A stretch of DNA of 63,770 bases, counting the filler, from Octopus bimaculoides (taxonomy: Eukaryota): assembly GCF_001194135.2 (NCBI RefSeq). It is 8 parts of 7 records of this genome, joined end to end, with 100 filler letters (N's around TTAATTAATTAA, not from the genome) between each part and the next. Parts side by side here need not be neighbours in the genome. Positions count along the whole stretch, not along the records: positions 1 to 18,862 come from NC_068981.1; 7 more parts are not named here. The stretch is one strand, 5' to 3'. Shown here one piece after another: positions 1 through 13,222 of this stretch (positions within the stretch are counted from its first letter, which is position 1; each line of letters begins with the position of its first letter). The notes beneath the pieces are model-generated. The model saw only the letters and a list, made by a program, of their open reading frames with translations. It was not told the origin of the DNA and did no database searches. The translations under genes were made by a program, and so were the position numbers.

Positions 1-299
1 ACACAGCCCCTCGTTCCCGATCACCGTTTGTTATCTCCCCCTTTCTTAGCTCTCCTGAAATAAGAATTTCCCACTTCCGGTCAGTCATTGTTATGATCGG
101 CCATTATTATGATTGACCGTTGACTGAACACTATTCAATTTTTTTTCTCTGTGTTTTTCTCCTTGTCTCCGTATTCTTTCTGTTGAAGAGCGTAGCTCGA
201 AACGTCAAAGACTTTCCGTATTCCCGAGCGTCATACTAATATATACTTTTGTTATTTACACCACTTGTCCTCGTCTGTTGTTATTATTTGTATATTCTC

Positions 300-300
<1 letters not shown>
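1..300 (+). mobile_element. 3' end/pseudo-LTR of a Penelope-like element with a degenerate hammerhead motif (175-211)
   Basis: tcttt-CTGTTGA-A-GAGC-gta-GCTC-GAAA-CGTC-aaaga: stem I tcttt/aaaga, stem II GAGC/GCTC, variant core; ends at a (TA)n tract. Confidence 0.55.
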
Positions 301-336
<36 letters not shown>

Positions 337-764
337 ACAAAAGAATATGAATGGACAATAACAGATCATTACATGCTATATAAGAAAGAAAGAAAGAAAG
401 AAAGAGGACCGAGAGGATAGAATTTACAACGTTCTGAAAGCTATTAATGAATAACTACTAACTCTCAGGTCGAGACAGCAATGGAGTATTGTTTCAATAT
501 TTAGGATAGTGCCACTGCTACATACTCTGTCATCTGAGAGAAAGTATTTGAAGAAAGGTATTTTGATTGAGTAACATGCATTGTTCATCAACACACTTCA
601 GTTTCTGGGTCACAGATGTACCATCTTCTCCACTTCTCTTTTATAAAATACACTGCAACAACGGTAGCTTCTGCACGTCAGAACTGACCAGTTTCATTCA
701 CCCTGTTACAGGCACTCTCTACTCATTCGTCACCCATATGTATCCAACCCTCACAACGCTGTAC

Positions 765-945
765 TGATTGCAAATTTTGGCACAAGGTCATCAAGTTCAA
801 GGGAGGAGTAAGTCAATTACATCAATCCCAATGCTCGACTAGTACTTATTTTATCAACCCTGAAAGAATAGAAGACAAAGTCAACCTCAGCGGAATTTGA
901 ACTCAGAACGTAAAGATGGATGAAATGCCACTAAGGTTTTCACTA
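765..945 (-). mobile_element. tRNA-derived SINE, family B (Nin/Deu-domain-like), partial
   Basis: Reverse complement of the gttctgagttcaaattcc...ctttgcctttcatcctttcggggtcgataaa(a/t)taagtac motif seen in many other copies in this window. Confidence 0.7.
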
Positions 946-1039
946 AAATGGGTTCACTCCCAGGGACAGAGAACTCTTACTACGCCAGTGTATAATATCA
1001 ATCCAAAAGTTATTTCAACCAATTTTGCTAAACGTGAAA

Positions 1040-1070
<31 letters not shown>

Positions 1071-1253
1071 CTCTTTTCAGTCATTTGACTGCGGCCATGC
1101 TGGAGCACCGCCTTTAGTCGAGAAAATCGACCCCAGGACTTATTCTTTGTAAGCCTAGTACTTATTCTATCGGTCTCTTTTTGCCAAACCGCTAAGTTAC
1201 GGGACGTAAACACACCAGCATCGGTTGTCAAGCGATGGTGGGGGGGACAAACA

Positions 1254-1323
<70 letters not shown>

Positions 1324-1481
1324 CACGACGGGCTTCCTTCAGTTTCCGTCTACCAAATCCACTAACAAGGCTTTGGTTGGCCCGAGGCTATAGTAGAAGA
1401 CACTTGCCCAAGGTGCCACGCAGTGGGACTGAACCCAGAACCTTGTGGTTGGCAAGCAAGCTACTTACCACACAGCCACTC
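1071..1481 (-). mobile_element. tRNA-derived SINE, family A (internal (TA)n/(TG)n tract), full length
   Basis: Head gtggctgtgtggtaagtagcttgc...gggttcagtcccactgcgtggcaccttgggcaagtgtctt, tail ctccagcatggccgcagtcaaatgactgaaa; at least 10 related copies in the window. Confidence 0.85.
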
Positions 1482-1519
1482 TTTGATTTTATTTCATTCT
1501 ATTCAATGAATCCACTTAC

Positions 1520-1597
1520 CTGATGTAGAATGGACTTGAATAACCTGGACCGTATCCTCATAGTTAGCATTTCACCAGATATTCCAAACATAGAATA
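1520..1597 (-). CDS. ABCB1: ABCB exon (78 nt, phase 0-0): intracellular loop after TM8
   Basis: aattttag|[26 protein letters not shown]|gtaagt, similar to human [26 protein letters not shown]. Confidence 0.95.
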
Positions 1598-3221
1598 CTA
1601 AAATTAAATAATATTATTTTCAAACTGGCATCAATAGACATTTACAAATATTGATTAACATTCAATCCAAAGACCAAAAATTTAAGTGGGAGAAAAAATC
1701 AGGTTCAGTGATTTTTATGTCTTTCAATTTATGAAATTTAGTTGTCACGAAATATTTCAGCCTTTTGTAATAAGAAAAAATGCATTTATGTTTCACATTT
1801 GCAACCAAAATATATAATCATTGCAGTTACAGTTGTTGTTTTTTTTTAATAACTGACAACTGCATTTTAGGCAAGAACGTGACAAAAAAAAAAATCTGGC
1901 ATCTTTTTCATTTTGACATTATGTGACCAAACAACAAAAGTAATTCCATGCAGTAATTAATAAAATAATAAAATTGGGGAGAAATGAAAAAAAAAACATA
2001 TAAGACTAAGATAGTTAACGCTTTAGCATTTAATCTGGTCATATCTGGCCCAAATATTCTACTTGTTTTATGTCAAAACTGACCAGATTCAATCTCTTAC
2101 ACCTACCCTACAATGTCATTCTAAAAATATACAAACGCACCATTGAAATCTTGAAGCTACAATATAGTGCATGATTAATTCAAAACAATGCGAATAAATA
2201 AGCATTACATTTGACAGAGTAATCTGAATGTTAAAGGGGATAACTGTATACAACTAAGCAGATAAAGCACTTATTAAGACGTGGTTTGCTTCTGGTGAAG
2301 CGAGAATCTCTTCTAGGTTAAGCTAATTTGAAGAACATGTATTAATTTACATTAAATTACTAATTTTTTCCCCCTTGCATATTTAGAACAAAATTTGGTC
2401 CCTTATACTGACAGTGTTTGTACAACATGGAGTCTATCCATCCAGTCAGGCGATTTGCCTGGACCAGTACAATTTTTCCACACCAGATGTCCCTGTCTTC
2501 TTTTGTAGTCTTCATATCCTCAATATTGTATCCGGTGTCTTCCACGATTTGATCAATATATGCTCTTCTTGGTCTGCAGATACTTACATATGTCCATGTA
2601 TGGGTTTCCAGAGAATGAGATCGCTCCAGTTCACTCATCTGTAAAAATGAGTTGCAACGTCACTGGTGCCAAGCCGTATCAGCCTTTGCCTTTCCCTTGA
2701 ATAACATCAGTGGCATGGAGAGGTAAGACTGATATTCATGAGTGACTGCTGGTCTTCCTTAAACAGCCTCACCCAGACTTATGTCTCAGATGGAAACTTT
2801 CTAGGTGCAATCCCATGGTCATTCATGACCGAAGGGGGTCTAAGGACTGTTAAGAATGAAGATACTTGTACAAATCACAACACTACTTTAACAGAAACCG
2901 ATATGGGGTTCCACTCAGGTGAGGAACTAACAACATCACGTTAAAAAATTAATAACATGTGACAAGGGTTTTCACCAATTCTTCGGTTAAGAAAACTCCA
3001 AAGACTCTATCTTCATGGCATATATCTATGGAAAATTAGAAGCAGTTTCAAGACAAGATAATCCTCAGATCTACATAAACTAATATCAATGAGATTTAAT
3101 AGATATTCATAAATTCACTTACCTGCATTAAGTAAAAAAAGAAGGACACTACACCAGTTAAAGCAAACAGCAAGCAGTACTTGTGCATTTTATCTTTATC
3201 GCCTCCCATATGCTGACATAA

Positions 3222-3277
<56 letters not shown>

Positions 3278-6200
3278 GCAAGCAGGTAGACAGACAGGAA
3301 GGCAGGCAGATAGTTAGATTGATAGATAGGCAAACAGACAGCCAGACAGATAGATATATAGATAGATAACAGTCCTTTAATTAAAATGAAAGGAATAAAT
3401 AGAGGTCTTTCCAAGGCCAGGTGTACATGAACGTGTTAAATATAAGTGTGTACAACTATATTTTAATCATCACTGCTTAGTATCCCTACTTTAGTTAATT
3501 CCAGCTTGACAAAGCTTTGCACACATCAGAAAATGTTTTACTTGCTGTTTAAATATTAGAACGACAGTTCTTAGTAGGCTATGGTCGATGGATTTGGTGT
3601 TCATACTGATGAAGCATAACGATGCAGAAACACGTATCCTATGGTTTGACAATGTCATTCATAACCCAGTAGTGTGTTCTTCTCACACATTGTTTATAGG
3701 GAAAATTTCCAGAGACAGTTTTCATAGCAGTGGTCTTCCCATGTTTCGATGTACACTAACATATTAAATATACTTGTACACACCTGTATCTCTACATTAT
3801 GATAGCATCAGAGATAAATGGCTTATCATAAAATGTACATTGTAGCATACTGACTGCCTTCATTGACAAATGCACTGAGAACTGATTTTTCAAATATATT
3901 ATCTGAGAAAGATAATTATCTATATAAGACAGTGGAATATTTACACTTCTTTAAACATGGTTTAAATTTTTCTAACCGTAATTTGCATAGATCTAATACT
4001 TTTAACAATGAACCTCAATCAGATTATTGACTAGAGCTGCCTCAGCAGTTGCATTCTAATAACCAAGGAAAGAATATGTACATGGGTTTTCTGATTTAGA
4101 ATGAATCATTTCAAATGTGCGACTAATAGTCATTGTTATAATATGAGCATCATCAAACATCACAGTAAAGTATCAAAATAACTTTGGTATCTGGTGAAAA
4201 CGTATTTAAATATAATTCTAGTCACTGCTTTATATTAAGCTCCTTGACAAAACTTAAATCCATCACATCAGCAATTAATGTAATTTATAACAGATTTAAT
4301 TATACTTACATGTAAAACTTCACCAAGTAATAATCCGTAGGCTGGTAGGATGGCACCAAGTACAGAAGAAGCAAGAATTCCTAGGAGAATGTAATGCCAT
4401 TCTGGTTTGTTCATTTTCAAAATGCTCATACTACTTGCTTCTGATAGATTCTTTTCCTAAAATTCAAAAAAAAATCTTAAATCTCCAATATTTTATCTGA
4501 AATGAACTGAGATAGATTCGTATAGTAAGTCGAACCAAGTCTTGATCTTTGTTCCCGTAGGAAACCATTTCATTTTTATCAACGCATGTGGAAAGACAAA
4601 AAATTATCTTACAAGTTCATTATTCATCTGCATAAATTTGAGACCTTGTGGTTTTAGAATTTCTATTGGTTCTCAAAGAAGAGAATATCATAGAACTTTC
4701 AGCAAGATGAATCATGAATTGGCTTCAAAAATTCACCATTGCAAACAATTCGCTTCATTTACACAGTGAATGCATTAAGGAAAGGCATAAATGTCATAGT
4801 ACATAATTTTCCCTTCACTATAAATCTCATTAAAAAAAACATGAAATCTGAAATTATATACTGAATTAAAAATTCAATCTATAATTAAATTTTTATGCCT
4901 TAAATCAACCAAGAGCACAAATATATACTGGAAAAGTTTCTTACTTAGTCAATGGAGAGGATGTTCAGTTGTAATATTTGTAAATTAATACATACAGGTA
5001 ACTGAAAGAGGAATCATGGGAGTACAGCTCTGAAGAGAGGGTTTTAGGTAAAATGTTTAAGATAGTGTTTGGAAACATAATCTTTGATAGGTGAGAAAAG
5101 CAATAGGATTAGAGCATATCTTGCTAATTCGGGTAAGCAGGAAGCAGTAATACCTGTAAAAGAGACAAATGAATACACATCATGCTGATGAGCCAGAGGT
5201 TGAAGTGTGTCGCTGAATAAAGGTTTGCTAATCAAATTGGGGACTTTTTTTTAGGTCAATCAGTATATAATTCTCTAACAGTTATATATCAAATTCTTCC
5301 TCCTATATATGTGATTTTTATAGATAGTTAACAAGGAGTCGGAATTGAATAATTTCCAATCATGCAGATAAGTGTAGTCTTTGAGATGTAGATTTTTCTT
5401 TGTTATGATTCACGTTCGCCAGGAAAACTTAGCAATTATTGTCAAGCATGACATTTTAGCCGCATGATCGTGAGTAAGGAAAGTGTAGTATTGCAAATGT
5501 GTTTGTGTTCTGTCGAATAAGGTTCAGCAGTTATATCTCCATCAGTGGATGATTTAAAGAAATTTGCTCATCAATACGATAAATGTCTAATTTAAACAAA
5601 AGATGCGCTAAGAGATAAAATACAAAGTGGCAGTGGTATGTATGTAAGTAACATAGACAAATACATGTATATATTCCCACTTAAATGTGAATGTTCTGTT
5701 AGAAGAAGCATTTCTGCAGTAGATACCATGAGAAAAACTCTCATATAGGCTTTTAGTGCAAAATGCACGCTTGTTTATATCATTAACAAGGAGATAAATT
5801 CCCACCAACTCCAATTCTTAGACCACCAGATCACATGTTTTCGACATTCCTTGCTCACATCGGTGATGGATGCTCAACTGCTAAAGATTGCAGTGACTCA
5901 CCTCCCTGCCAGTGATATATAGAAAATCAGTACCAGAGCAGACACTGGTGTCACGATTAACCAGTTAGCTTGTTAAAAATATATATTAGCGACAGAGGCA
6001 TTATTGATACCAAGAGATAATATTTATTCCCACTCAAACATAGACGTGCTGGAAGAACAAACTTTACTGCAGTAAATACCATGAGAAATCTCCCTGCTAG
6101 CGATATAAACAAGCGTGTATTTTGCACCAAAATCCTATATCAGAGTTTTTTTCATGGTATTTACCACAGTAAAGTTTCTTCTGGCAGAACATCCACATTT

Positions 6201-7054
6201 AAGTGGGAATAAATATTCCCTCTCAGTATTAATACTGCCTCTGCCACTAATATATGAACACATGTATGGAGAAAAAACATACAATGTAAATTCTTTATCT
6301 GTGAAAAATGTTCTACCTCTAGAGGATGTATCATTATAAAGCTGATCTTAATCACCACTTGGTAATTATGATACAGCCTCTAGAGGCAATTAATAAATCA
6401 AGAATTTATGTTCTATGTCATTTTACACACTTGTATTTGTTTATGATAAATGTCCAGGTTGTTTCTGGATTATATTAAAGTAGGCATTTAATCAATTACA
6501 GAAATCTTGTACCACTTGCAAATATAAGAAATGATAGTGATGTCATTTGTTTCACAGGGAAAAGTTTGAATTCATAATCTGAAAATGAGTAATGCAGACA
6601 TTCTGCAATGCAATTATCTGACAAGAACATGTCTAAACAAGAAATAGAGACAGATAGGGACTATAAACAGGCAACTTTGCCAGAATGGATTGGGATAAGC
6701 AAGATGAAAAGGCTACAAAACTGCCTTCACTAACGTTCATGAAGACATTAAACAGTTGTTGCATTTGTTATGAAAACAAGTCTTCAGTAAATTTGTTTTA
6801 TGGAAGACACACTGCTCATCAATGAGGATGGAGAACAACTCGAAATTATTAAAGAGGATGTCGTTTAATACTGTTTCTATCAACTTTGAGGTATTGAAAA
6901 TCATGTCAACAGGACAGGTTAGTTGGCAGATTTAGAGAAGTTATGTTTCTTGAAGCAAAATTGTTTTATTTCTATTTATGTTGCGTTGCACAGTCACCAT
7001 AGTTACGAATGGTAAGTAGGTGAATTAAGCAAAATTAATAGAGATGTTATATGC

Positions 7055-7117
<63 letters not shown>

Positions 7118-7207
7118 NNNNNNNNNNNNNNNNNNNNNNNNNNNNNNNNNNNNNNNNNNNNNNNNNNNNNNNNNNNNNNNNNNNNNNNNNNNNNNNNNNN
7201 NNNNNNN

Positions 7208-7267
<60 letters not shown>

Positions 7268-8700
7268 CCTGCATCCCTGCAACTATAGCTACAGAGCCGC
7301 AGCTTGTAAATCACTTGGAGCTTTTGTAGTAATTGGCTCATGAGGGAAGTAAATGTAGATACTTATAGGGATAGCATCAGTCACTACTTAGATGGGTCAG
7401 ATTTGTTCAGTAGAACAGAATATAGCTAAATGACTTCTAGTTGTTTGAGGATTTCAGAGTGCAATAAAAGCAATATATAGTCTTAAAATAATAGAGAAGA
7501 CAGAATTTGAAGAAGAATGGCTAAAGAGCTTTGCTGCTGATAACTAAAGAGCTTTTGTTGCTGATATTCAGGTGAAAACATTGGGTATGGTGAGCATGGA
7601 TTCGACATAAGAGTAAATATCATCATTGGGAAAGAAATTGAACTACAGACTAGATCGTGAACAGCAAAGATTTACTAAAGATAAAGAATGTGTATATTAT
7701 GTATTAGAAGGGGATGGCCAGTAGAGATATGTTTGCTGTGAAATCAATGGTTATTTTCATGAATGAGGGGAGGTGAAAAATGAGCAATAGATATGAAATT
7801 CATTTACTGTATCAGTTTCATATGGGAATATAAAAACAAAACATATTAGCAAATTCAAAGTAATACTCACGTGTTGAAAATGAATTATCTATATGGTCTT
7901 TATAAATTTGTTTTCTTGTTTGAGTTTTTTTTTATTGTTGTTTATATATATATATAACATACATTTATATATATGTGTGGAGGTGCAATGGCCCAGTGGT
8001 TAGGGCAGTAGACTCGCGATCACAGGATCACGGTTTCGATTCCCAGACCGGGCGCTGTGAATGTTTATTGAGCATAAACACCTCTAAGTTCCACGCGGCT
8101 CCGGCAGGGTATGGTGGCGAACCCTGCTGTACTCTGTCACCATAACTTTCTCTCACTCTTACTTCCTGTTTCTGTTGTGCCTGTAATTCAAAGGGTCAGC
8201 CTTGTCACACTTTGTCATGCTGAATATCCCCGTGAACTACGTTAAGGGTACACGTATCTGTGGAGTGCTCAGCCACTTGCACGTTAATTTCATGAGCAGG
8301 CTGTTCCATTGATCGGATCAACTGGAACCCTCGACGTCGTAAGCGACGGAGTGCCAACAACAAAATATATATATATATATATAATCCTTTAATATTCTCA
8401 TGTTTATGTATATTTGTTTTACAAGATACCTGATGTGAAGACATGTGTTGAAACAGATATTGTTATATTTCAGGACAATCATTTTTCTTTTTTTCATGCC
8501 AAATAAACATATGCACTATATATTCGTTCTTCAGATTTATGTTATTACTGTTCTTACTTTATGACCTATGTCTGGAAATCTTTTGTCACACATCCTGTGA
8601 CAAAATATAACAATATGTTTAATACTCATAACCTAACCTATTATCACAAACATAAACATGAATCAGTTTATGTTTGTGAAAAAACACACACAAACAAACA

Positions 8701-8760
<60 letters not shown>

Positions 8761-8803
8761 GGACAGAGGGAGAGAGAGAGAGAGGGAGAGAGAGAGAAAG
8801 AGA

Positions 8804-8857
<54 letters not shown>

Positions 8858-11800
8858 AAGAGATAGAGAGAGTTTGTGTCTGTGTGTGTTTTCACTTTTT
8901 GAAGAGTGGATGAGAGTCAGGTATTGAAATGACTGAAAACCGTTGCCATAAATATACGTAGTTTAAAATATATCAAACCTCTTCCAAGGATGCTTCATTT
9001 TCTGTTTCTCCCTGATCATCCAATGATAGTGATTTTGCTGTTAGGTATGGATGTCTGGACGCGCTGTCTTTTTCTGTCTCTTCAAAATGAAAGTAAAACT
9101 ATTGAATGTGAATGCTTGATCAGACTTATATTCTCATTGACTTCAATCACTCACAACCAGACAATGTAACAGCTGAAGTTCCCTATCTCATTTTTTTTCT
9201 TTTCTTTTTTTTTTTTCTTAATGCAGAAACCGAGTTAATAACACACAACAGAACAGATTTTCTTTCAAATATTTCATGAGCGATGTCTATTTCGATCATT
9301 CTATTAATTTTTTGGTTTTTCTTTTGTATTTTGTTTTTTGTCTTCTTGTGTCAGGATCCACGAGTACAGGTGATGTTCTGTAACTGAAGAGTTACTATTC
9401 TGCAACACATCACTTGTCAGTGAACAGGTCGCGGTCTCAAAGCAACGAAAATATTTTGACAAATTAAATTTAAATGTTGAAGTGAATCTAACGGTTTTTG
9501 TGTATTATTTTAAATGGCTTATAAACACCTTCCACGCTGCAACTGTTTTCGTTCCAACACACGATCTCAGATCAGGCCACTTGCTATGCAAGTACATCTC
9601 CGTAAATTTATTTGGTTGTAGATGTAATAACTCTCTCGGTTTAACTCCAGTATCTGGCACCTTGGGTACCTTTAACAGAGTCCACTCTGTTGTAATCATT
9701 CAATCAAAGTCTCCAATTCTATGATAACCTCCATCCCACCAGTATTGAGGTTCCTGTAAAAGGAGTACTATCACCCATCCTAACTATAAAATTAATAATA
9801 CATATATATTTGTATATCTCTGCAACTTATTTAATTGAATTCACAAACAAAAAAAGAGTTAGCATTTCCAACATATATTCCCAACTGATTTCATCATCAT
9901 CATCATCATCGTTTAACGTCCGCTTTCCATGCTAGCATGGGTTGGACGATTTGACTGACGACTGGTGAAACTGGATGACAACACCAGGCTCCAATCTAAT
10001 TTGGCAGAGTTTCTACAGCTGGATGCCCTTCCTAACGCCAACCACTCAGAGAGTGTAGTGGGTGCTTTTACGTGTCACCCGCACGAAGGCCAGTCAGGCG
10101 GTACTGGCAACGGCCACGCTCAAAATGGTGTCTTTTATGTGCCACCCGCACAAGAGCCAGTCCAGGAGCACTGGCAACGATCTCGCTCGAAAATCCTACG
10201 AAGACCAGTCAGGCGGTACTNNNNNNNNNNNNNNNNNNNNNNNNNNNNNNNNNNNNNNNNNNNNNNNNNNNNNNNNNNNNNNNNNNNNNNNNNNNNNNNN
10301 NNNNNNNNNNNNNNNNNNNNNNNNNNNNNNNNNNNNNNNNNNNNNNNNNNNNNNNNNNNNNNNNNNNNNNNNNNNNNNNNNNNNNNNNNNNNNNNNNNNN
10401 NNNNNNNNNNNNNNNNNNNNNNNNNNNNNNNNNNNNNNNNNNNNNNNNNNNNNNNNNNNNNNNNNNNNNNNNNNNNNNNNNNNNNNNNNNNNNNNNNNNN
10501 NNNNNNNNNNNNNNNNNNNNNNNNNNNNNNNNNNNNNNNNNNNNNNNNNNNNNNNNNNNNNNNNNNNNNNNNNNNNNNNNNNNNNNNNNNNNNNNNNNNN
10601 NNNNNNNNNNNNNNNNNNNNNNNNNNNNNNNNNNNNNNNNNNNNNNNNNNNNNNNNNNNNNNNNNNNNNNNNNNNNNNNNNNNNNNNNNNNNNNNNNNNN
10701 NNNNNNNNNNNNNNNNNNNNNNNNNNNNNNNNNNNNNNNNNNNNNNNNNNNNNNNNNNNNNNNNNNNNNNNNNNNNNNNNNNNNNNNNNNNNNNNNNNNN
10801 NNNNNNNNNNNNNNNNNNNNATATATACTACTGTGTCTGGAGAGAGTCATTACTTTTTAAATATCTAAAGTAACTCACTGTCAGAAGAAAAAAAAGTGTT
10901 GCACATAATTAAAGATAGAGGTACAGATGTCATTGTGTGGTAAGAAATTTGCTTCTGAACCACATGGATCTGGGTTTAGTCCTACTGCATGGCACCTTGG
11001 ATAAGTGTTTTCTACTCTAACCTCAGGCGACTAAAGCCTTGTGAGTGGATTTGAAAGATGCACCTGATGCAGTAATTATGGCTGGTAGAAGTACAAGAGA
11101 AGTTCCTAATGTAGAGGGTGTGCTGGTTGGGTCCAGTGAGGGAGGTGGTGTTAGTGATAAAGGGACAGGTGTGGCAACGGGATCTGGAGCAAGGGAAGGA
11201 TCCGGGTGGGGTTGGAATGGAGGGAGAGGGAGCTACAAACCAGTAGATTGCGTAGGTTATGGGCGCATTTGAAGGAGAGCAGGGGTTGGTTGAGGGAAAT
11301 GGGAAGGATGGTGGGATTTAGCTGGAGTCGACGGAAGGCTCGCAAGATCCTCCGACGAAGGGGTAGGGTGGTGGGTGGAAAAAGAGGGGAAGAGGATGTG
11401 GCTGGGGATCAGTGTAGGGAAGGAGTGAGGGCGGTGGTGCGATCAATTTGACAAGTGCAGGTAAGGACAGTTTGGACAAGGGTGGATGGGTATCCGTGAC
11501 GCATGAACAAGCGGGCCAGGTATTAAGACTGGATCTCGAAATCCTGGTCCCGGCTGCACAGGCATCGGGGGCGGAGGAACTGGCCCGTTTGGTGTGGGAG
11601 GGATGAGAGGAGGAAAAGTTGAGGTAGAGGTGGAAGTCCGTGGGTTTGAAGAAGACAGAGGTGGTGAGAGAGTGGGAAAGGTGATCAATGGAAAGAGAGA
11701 TATCCAAGAAGTTTACAGAAGTCTCAGAGATGGTAGAGGTAAATTCGAGAGAAGGGTGGAAGTTAGAAATGAAAGATTTGAAATTAGAGAGTTGTTCGCT

Positions 11801-13191
11801 GGAGAGGGACGTTGCGCTTGTACAGTCGTCTATATAGCGTCTGTATAGCTCTGGGATCGGTCCGGAGAATTATGAGAAGATTTGGGCCTCAACGTAACCA
11901 AAAAATAAGTTGGCAAAATTGGGACCCATTCTCATTTCCATAGTGACACCAGAGATTTGCTGGTAAATCTCTCCAGCGAACGTAAAGCAGGTGAGAAGGG
12001 AGGACGAGTTCTGCTAGGTGGAGAAGGGTGATGCTGGGTGTGGGTCGGGTCGACGGCTGAGGAAGTATTGCAAGGCTAAGAGGCCATCGTTGTGGGGGTT
12101 CACAGTATACAGAGATTTTATGTCCAAGGTAAAAAGGAGGCGTGAAGGACTGTAGGAGGAAGGAGAAGGAAACGGAGAGGTGAAGGGTGTGGTTGGTGCA
12201 GCAACTAAAAGGGACAAGATGAGGTTGAGATATTTTAAGATGAGTCCTGTGGGGCAGTTACAGGCGGAAACAATAGGGTGGCTTGGGCTGTTGGGTTTGT
12301 GCATTTTGGATAGAAAATAGATTGTAGAGGTACGGGGTGTCCGGACAATGAGGTTGGTGACGGTAAGGGGAAGGGCAGAAGATGAGATGAGGTTATGGAT
12401 GGTGGAGGACACGTGCTGCTGGCAGGAGGGGTGGAGTCGGAGGGGAAGAGGCGACAGATGAGGGGGTTCGGAAGCTGACTGAGCGCTTCAGCCTTGTATA
12501 GGTCCACACGCCACACCACCACTGTTCCACCTTTGTCTGCCGGTTTGACACGATGTCGTTGCAGTGACGGAGGCCGCGTATGGTGACTGATTCATCTCGG
12601 ATGATGTTGATCCAGAGGGATCTTTTTTTGTGGAAATTGAATCGGTCAACCAGTGCGTTGCAGTCATGCACGAACAAGTCCAGGCTGCTGAACTGGTCTG
12701 GAGGTGGCGTTCAGTTGAATGGGCAGTACCCCAGCTCCGAGAAGCAATCCCGATTGTCGTAACGCTGTGTTGACATGTGGAAAAATGCGCGTAGTTTAAT
12801 GCGGTGCAGGAACTGCCTGACAGTTCGGAATAGTCCGTGCAGCTCCAAGTTAGATGAACAAAATGCAAATAAGTAACAAGGATGTCGAGGTATCAGTGCA
12901 TTACGGCCATTTCAAGCGGCTCCATTTAATCGATCAATGAAAACATTATATTAATTTGAAAGAAACCGCTCTCCTCAGAAGTAGATGATCATATAGATTT
13001 CCATGGTTTCTAGTACTTATAGAAATTTGCTAAAAATGGTTTATCCCTTATGTTGGAAATCTATATGGTCATCTACGTCTGAGGAGAGCGGTTTCTTTCA
13101 AATTGATGTAATGTTTTCATTGATTGATTAAATGGAGCTGCTTGAAATGGCCGTAATGCATTGATACCTGGACATCCTTGTAACTTATTTG

Positions 13192-13222
<31 letters not shown>

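Noticed and set aside
4613-5160. Candidate linker exons near 4613-4760 and 5000-5155
   Set aside because: They have splice-like signals, but the required frames contain stops; the 15748 and 8979 exons already complete the frame.
6600-7800. Purine-rich decayed coding-like sequence (also 47460-47760, 48840-49780, 55000-55370)
   Set aside because: Probably old LINE debris; too degraded to assign, with no motif I can support.
7978-8060. tRNA gene-like heads (also at about 28550 and in all family A/B copies)
   Set aside because: A and B boxes are present, but they continue into SINE bodies without a proper cloverleaf or acceptor stem.
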